Assembly (NCBI GenBank): GCA_964354495.1
Contig: CAYHAA010000036.1
Span: 1 to 9,790 of the forward strand
DNA from: an uncultured archaeon
GTDB taxonomy: Archaea > Asgardarchaeota > Thorarchaeia > Thorarchaeales > Thorarchaeaceae
DNA length: 9,790 nt
Direction of reading: 5' to 3'
In this document: positions 5,639 to 9,790 of the stretch, piece after piece
Position numbering within the stretch: position 1 is the first letter of the stretch
Layout: the number at the start of each line of letters is the position of its first letter
Made by a program: the position numbers and the translations under genes
The notes under the pieces: generated by a model
Database searches by the model: none
What the model saw: the letters and a program-made list of their open reading frames with translations, nothing else
What the model was told of the DNA's origin: nothing

Positions 5639-6880
5639 TTACACTTCCGCATGCCCGATTAGCCGCCACTTGTTCTCAACACGGCGACCAATCGCAATGC
5701 GCTGCCCCTTTTCTGCAATGACCGGACGTTTGAGTGTCAACTCTATCTCATCACCATGCAGTCTAGTGATGACTCCAACAGTGGATGCAGTACCGATAAC
5801 AATCATCATTGATTCATTGAGCTTCAGGTTCTCCACCTGTTGCTTACTCTCCATCCCCACGACCCTCTGCATGAGAATTGGTTTTACCATCATTTTCTCA
5901 ATAGCCTTGGGCAACTTGCCAACTCTGCCGACAACATTACCTACAAGGCGATCGGCACGCGTTGACGCCGGATCCAAGGAAGTACCCACACCTATTAGAC
6001 CCCCGGGAAAGGCCTCTTGGAGAAAGTTGCCGCTTCCTGATATGAGACTGATTATCTTGGTCTTGATGGGTTTGAATCCCTTCTCAGTCTTCGCACCGGG
6101 CGCGATCTCTATCTCGTCACCAACCTTCAGTTTTCCCTCAATCACCGATCCGCCCACGACTCCGCCACGCAGCTTTTCCGGAGTAGTACCCGGACGATTG
6201 ATATCGAAGGAACGAGCCACGAACATCTTTGCTAGGGCATCTTCATGACGTTTGGGTGTTGGAATGACCTCCTCAATGGTCTTGACCAGAAGATCGATAT
6301 TCGCTCCAAAGACTGCAGATATTGGGATGATTGCTGTGCCTTCGGCGATAGTCCCTTTCACGAAGTCTTTGATCTGCTGGTAGTGTTTCTTCGCCTGTTC
6401 TTTTGTGACGAGCTCAATCTTGTTCTGAACTATGATGATATTCTTCACACCTATAATCTCCAGAGCTCGGAGATGCTCTGCAGTCTGAGGCATGGGACAG
6501 GGTTCATTCGCTGCAATCACCAAGATTGCACCATCCAAGAGGCTGGCGCCGCTCAGACAGGTCGCCATCAGTGACTCGTGACCGGGACTGTCGACAAAGG
6601 ATATCTCCCGCAGGACCTCAAGAGACCCCCCACATTTGCTACACTTGCCATCCTTTGCTAGATGTGAGGTTGTGTACATATCAGGCTCAGGGCAGTTCTT
6701 GCATTTCATTATCGTGGTCGCTGCGTAGCCGAGCCGAATAGAAATACCCCGCTTGATCTCATCAGAGTGTCTATCAGTCCACTCACCTGTGAGATATGAA
6801 ACTAATGTGGTCTTTCCATGGTCCACGTGACCCAACGTACCAATACTTACTTCGGATTGTCCTGCGTATCTTCTAGTCAC
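5639..6880 (-). CDS. eif2g: Translation initiation factor 2 subunit gamma
   Basis: GHVDHGKT (G1), RGISIRLGY, DSPGHE (G3), NKIE (G4), CKNC/CSKC zinc knuckle, ARSFDINRPG, and C-terminal RR....WRLIG. GTG start with SD-like GGAAGTGA. Confidence 0.98.
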   Translation of the reverse strand: MTRRYAGQSEVSIGTLGHVDHGKTTLVSYLTGEWTDRHSDEIKRGISIRLGYAATTIMKCKNCPEPDMYTTSHLAKDGKCSKCGGSLEVLREISFVDSPGHESLMATCLSGASLLDGAILVIAANEPCPMPQTAEHLRALEIIGVKNIIIVQNKIELVTKEQAKKHYQQIKDFVKGTIAEGTAIIPISAVFGANIDLLVKTIEEVIPTPKRHEDALAKMFVARSFDINRPGTTPEKLRGGVVGGSVIEGKLKVGDEIEIAPGAKTEKGFKPIKTKIISLISGSGNFLQEAFPGGLIGVGTSLDPASTRADRLVGNVVGRVGKLPKAIEKMMVKPILMQRVVGMESKQQVENLKLNESMMIVIGTASTVGVITRLHGDEIELTLKRPVIAEKGQRIAIGRRVENKWRLIGHAEV

Positions 6881-6937
6881 CTAGTCTTCACTTCCAGCTG
6901 TGACTTATTCGGTCGTGGTCACACCTTTCCTGTTGCA

Positions 6938-6952
6938 CATAAGAAGGTTCTG
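6938..6952 (-). promoter_or_regulatory. BRE/TATA candidate for eif2g
   Basis: cagaac-CTTCTTATG on the minus strand about 60 nt upstream of the GTG. The same TCTTAT core occurs upstream of both OB-TM paralogs. Confidence 0.4.
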
Positions 6953-7238
6953 ACATGTGACCAATTCCAGCAGATTTTTACTTCTCACATATACACTTTG
7001 ATTGGAGATTTTTTAGATATCTCAAGACCTTCATCGCTCACTGCAAACACCATTTCAAGACTTGACGGCGGATTTTTATGGATACTATCTCTGGCTGGAA
7101 CATGAAGCGTTGTAGCCTATAATGATTCCTTATCATCTACAGGGAAAGAACTATGTTTTTAGGGGGATGAAACTGCTCTTGTTCCTATAGAGTAGAGAAA
7201 ATGTTGTTCATCTTGTGATGAGTCGCTTCTCACAGTGA

Positions 7239-7344
7239 AGTGCTTTTCTCTCTTAAACATATTATCACGTATTCCAGCTTTATGGCGATGTAGGGGTTTC
7301 ACCTATCAAGACTTTGTACATACACTCCGGGAAGACTTGGGTCA
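7239..7344 (-). pseudogene. Degenerate fragment of a paralog of the large hypothetical gene at 8300-9790
   Basis: Ungapped match to 8762-8867, 83/106 nt by hand count. Translates DPSLPGVYVQSLDR*NPYIAIKLEYVIICLREKST versus DPSLPGVHLQSPDRWSPYIAIRPECVMIGLREKGT (24/35 aa). In-frame TGA at 7299-7301 and another at 7230-7232. Confidence 0.9.
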
Positions 7345-7387
7345 GTTGCATTTTTCTCGATTAATTCATATGTGATTTCTTTGAAGA

Positions 7388-8278
7388 TTGACAGGAATGA
7401 ATATGCTTCTAGAATTTCAAGATTTATTTATTAATCCAACAACCAAGAATCCTCTCTCATTCAAAGGAACACTTACTCCAGATAAACGATGGCGAGAAGG
7501 AGTCCTTGAAAACAGTCAAAATAAAGCAAAGTTTCATGTAAAAAACGGCATTCCAAATTTCGTGAATCAAAAGAAAGAAGCTTGGACCGGTGGAAGAGAA
7601 TCATTACGTCCAGAGTTAGAGTGGATAGAACGAAGCTGGAACAATCATTTAGAAACTCTGAAGAAACACAATAATCATGACTATTATGAATTTGCTAGAA
7701 TAATTGCCAAAACTGGAGGACTTGGTATCGACATTGCGAGTGGTCCAGGAGGCGGATCTGTCCCTTCCATATTGTTCTTTAATCCTGAAGCAAAGGTAAT
7801 GATGACTGACCTTGGAGTGAGTGTATTATACTTGTGGCAAGAGTCTCTCCACAATCAGAGAAAAGGTCATGATGTTGCATTTACAGGAATGGATGTTACC
7901 AGCATCCCACTCAGATCCAATTGCCTTGATTATGTTGTAGATTCAGGAGGATATGGAAATGTAGAATATGCTGACAAAGCTATTGTAGAGTCATTTAGAG
8001 TCTTAAAATCTGGGGGTAAGTTGTATCTGAATGATGCTATTACAGAGGAAGTAGAGAAACTACCTGCAGAAGTATATTCAGAGCTTGTCAGTAATAAGCC
8101 GCAATATACAGTAGGTTGGGAGCAAATGGTGAAAGAAGCAGGATTCATAATTGAGAGCAAAGACACATGGAAGAAACAAAAACTCAACTATGATGAAAGT
8201 GATCTTGGGGCTCTATCGAAACAATATGGTGTCGAAATATATTTCACTAGCTTCTCATTAATTGCCCACAAACCATAG
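7388..8278 (+). CDS. Class I SAM-dependent methyltransferase with N-terminal Trm112-like domain
   Basis: Motif I GIDIASGPGG, acidic residue ending beta-2 (VMMTD), MDVTSIPLRSNCLDYV and FRVLKSGG. The N-terminal FINPTTKNPL...FHVKNGIPNFV resembles Trm112. The start could be TTG 7388, ATG 7397 or ATG 7403. Confidence 0.88.
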   Translation: MTGMNMLLEFQDLFINPTTKNPLSFKGTLTPDKRWREGVLENSQNKAKFHVKNGIPNFVNQKKEAWTGGRESLRPELEWIERSWNNHLETLKKHNNHDYYEFARIIAKTGGLGIDIASGPGGGSVPSILFFNPEAKVMMTDLGVSVLYLWQESLHNQRKGHDVAFTGMDVTSIPLRSNCLDYVVDSGGYGNVEYADKAIVESFRVLKSGGKLYLNDAITEEVEKLPAEVYSELVSNKPQYTVGWEQMVKEAGFIIESKDTWKKQKLNYDESDLGALSKQYGVEIYFTSFSLIAHKP

Positions 8279-8299
8279 CTAGGTTAGTAATCCAAAGTT

Positions 8300-9790
8300 C
8301 TAGATTAGTTTCTCCTCTCTCATCACTCTGACGCACTCCTTCACAGCCCGTACCTTGTCCTCATCACTGAGATTGAACTCATCAAGGAGTGACCTGACAT
8401 TACTCACAAAGTCCGCCCTGTTAACACGTCCAAATTGCTTAATATCATGCAGGTGACCGGTAACAGGAATCTTATGAATTTCAATCTCTGAGGTCAAGAC
8501 CACATAGACGATCCGTCCACCTGTTGAGTCCGGCTCAATAGTAACTCCATCCAACTCGACCTTCGTCTTGCCTTCGCTCACTCCGTAGACCTCAATCGAA
8601 GCCGCTATCTCGCCCTGAATCTCTGACATCAATCGTCTGTCCGCAGTAATACCAGTAATCTTCAAGAAATCTCTCATCTCACGTTCGAGAAGATTCTTTA
8701 CTTCAGACTCATCCCGTAAGGCAACATCCCGTTCAGGAACTCTTCTCTCTTGTGTCTGTCCAGTGCCCTTCTCTCTCAGACCTATCATCACACATTCTGG
8801 TCTGATTGCGATGTAGGGGCTCCATCTATCAGGGCTTTGCAGATGCACTCCAGGAAGACTTGGGTCATACTTAAGACCTGTCAACTCTGTCAGCATCATA
8901 CGTAGATGCCAGGATTCCTTCACTTCCTCAATACAGTCCTTCCTGACCTCTAGATTGAAAGTGTGGGTCACCCATTTTTGCCCCTCCTTTGACCAATATG
9001 CCAATTCCTGATGACCTAAGAGAAACCGTGCCTGAGCATCAGTGAGTCGGACTTCCATGAGTTCCCTCAGTTCAGGTGTGAGGGTGTGTGGAGTATCAAC
9101 ATGAATCCTCCAACATGATCCATGGTGCAATCCCGGCTCATTACTGACATGTATAGGTTCTCCCAGTGAACTCCTATATCCAAAGAGGAAGTGATGTTTA
9201 ATGGTCCGAGCTAAGCGATGAGCCTTTTGTATATCCTCTAGTGAGATGTGTTTCAAGGGGCAGGTCCATGGATCATGATACATCTCTATAGTAATATCAA
9301 ACTCCTTGGTAGCATGTAACAAGTCCTTTGCTGTGGGCGGTATCTTCAGGCTCATCTTTGGAAAAGGATTGTGTCTATTGATCCAAGGTCTAAGCAATGC
9401 AACATCATCATCGTATGAGATGTTTCTGAACCTGTTCCAGATCAATTGGTGTCCATTGACCATAACCGGTTCGCACTCATTATCAGGGCGTCTGAGAACT
9501 TCCAACAGGTCAGCTGTTCTGTTAATCAGAATCTCCCCAATCATCTCCTCAGATTTCTTGTCTTTAAAGATAACTCTGTACATCTCATCTTTGGTATCAA
9601 GCGTTACCCTACAGGTAGCAGATATGTTTCCCTCTAGTCCCTTGTGTAGAATAAGTGTCGCTCTAGCGACCATGTCTTCTATCTTATGAATAGGACTCCG
9701 AACATCATCATACTCGATGGACTGAAGATATGAACCTCCCTTCCATCTGAACCAAATCAAAAGGGGTGAGGTCAAGGCAGTACAAATCTT
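8300..9790 (-). CDS. C-terminal part (at least 496 aa) of a large hypothetical protein; 5' end outside the window
   Basis: The frame stays open from the TAG at 8300-8302 past the ORF-track TTG at 9775 to the window edge (KICTA-L...). Globular, protein-like composition; no family recognised. Confidence 0.8.
   Translation of the reverse strand, partial: KICTALTSPLLIWFRWKGGSYLQSIEYDDVRSPIHKIEDMVARATLILHKGLEGNISATCRVTLDTKDEMYRVIFKDKKSEEMIGEILINRTADLLEVLRRPDNECEPVMVNGHQLIWNRFRNISYDDDVALLRPWINRHNPFPKMSLKIPPTAKDLLHATKEFDITIEMYHDPWTCPLKHISLEDIQKAHRLARTIKHHFLFGYRSSLGEPIHVSNEPGLHHGSCWRIHVDTPHTLTPELRELMEVRLTDAQARFLLGHQELAYWSKEGQKWVTHTFNLEVRKDCIEEVKESWHLRMMLTELTGLKYDPSLPGVHLQSPDRWSPYIAIRPECVMIGLREKGTGQTQERRVPERDVALRDESEVKNLLEREMRDFLKITGITADRRLMSEIQGEIAASIEVYGVSEGKTKVELDGVTIEPDSTGGRIVYVVLTSEIEIHKIPVTGHLHDIKQFGRVNRADFVSNVRSLLDEFNLSDEDKVRAVKECVRVMREEKLI

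Noticed and set aside
5535-6741. Plus-strand ORFs 5535-6248, 6245-6574 and 6526-6741
   Set aside because: Antisense shadows of the unambiguous eif2g gene, with no recognisable motifs.
6818-7230. ORF 6818-7105 and stop-interrupted frames faintly resembling a beta-propeller repeat (plus strand, DGGFLWILSLAG) or a RecA-family C-terminus (minus strand, VFAVSDEGLEI)
   Set aside because: The ORF overlaps eif2g and its promoter. The resemblances are short, on opposite strands and not supportable without a profile search.
1-9790. CRISPR array, transposase, integrase or rRNA
   Set aside because: No regularly spaced repeats and no DDE, tyrosine or serine recombinase motifs or rRNA-like sequence were seen by eye.

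Overview
Archaeal chromosomal window, most likely Asgard (Thorarchaeia-like; inferred from gene content and GC near 50%, not from a search). The core is a minus-strand block of information-processing genes: aIF2-gamma, a Fcf1/Utp24-like PIN nuclease, RNA polymerase Rpo7 (RpoE'), Spt4, eS24 and eS31/S27ae. The last is missed by the ORF track. To the left are four plus-strand hypothetical genes: two tandem OB-fold-like/2-TM paralogs, an Arg-rich zinc-ribbon protein and a 3-TM protein. Further left is a minus-strand initiator tRNA-Met interrupted by two 30-nt introns at non-canonical positions (D-loop 18/19 and T-loop 56/57). Beyond its 3' end lie a truncated LAGLIDADG-like gene coupled to a winged-helix gene. 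To the right of aIF2-gamma is an AT-rich accessory stretch with a Trm112-like/SAM-methyltransferase fusion. It sits between a stop-interrupted 106-bp relic and the intact copy of a large hypothetical gene that runs off the right edge. The strongest signals are the double-intron tRNA, the relic/intact direct repeat around the methyltransferase, and the LAGLIDADG-like + wHTH pair at the tRNA 3' end. No complete novel system could be demonstrated from sequence alone.
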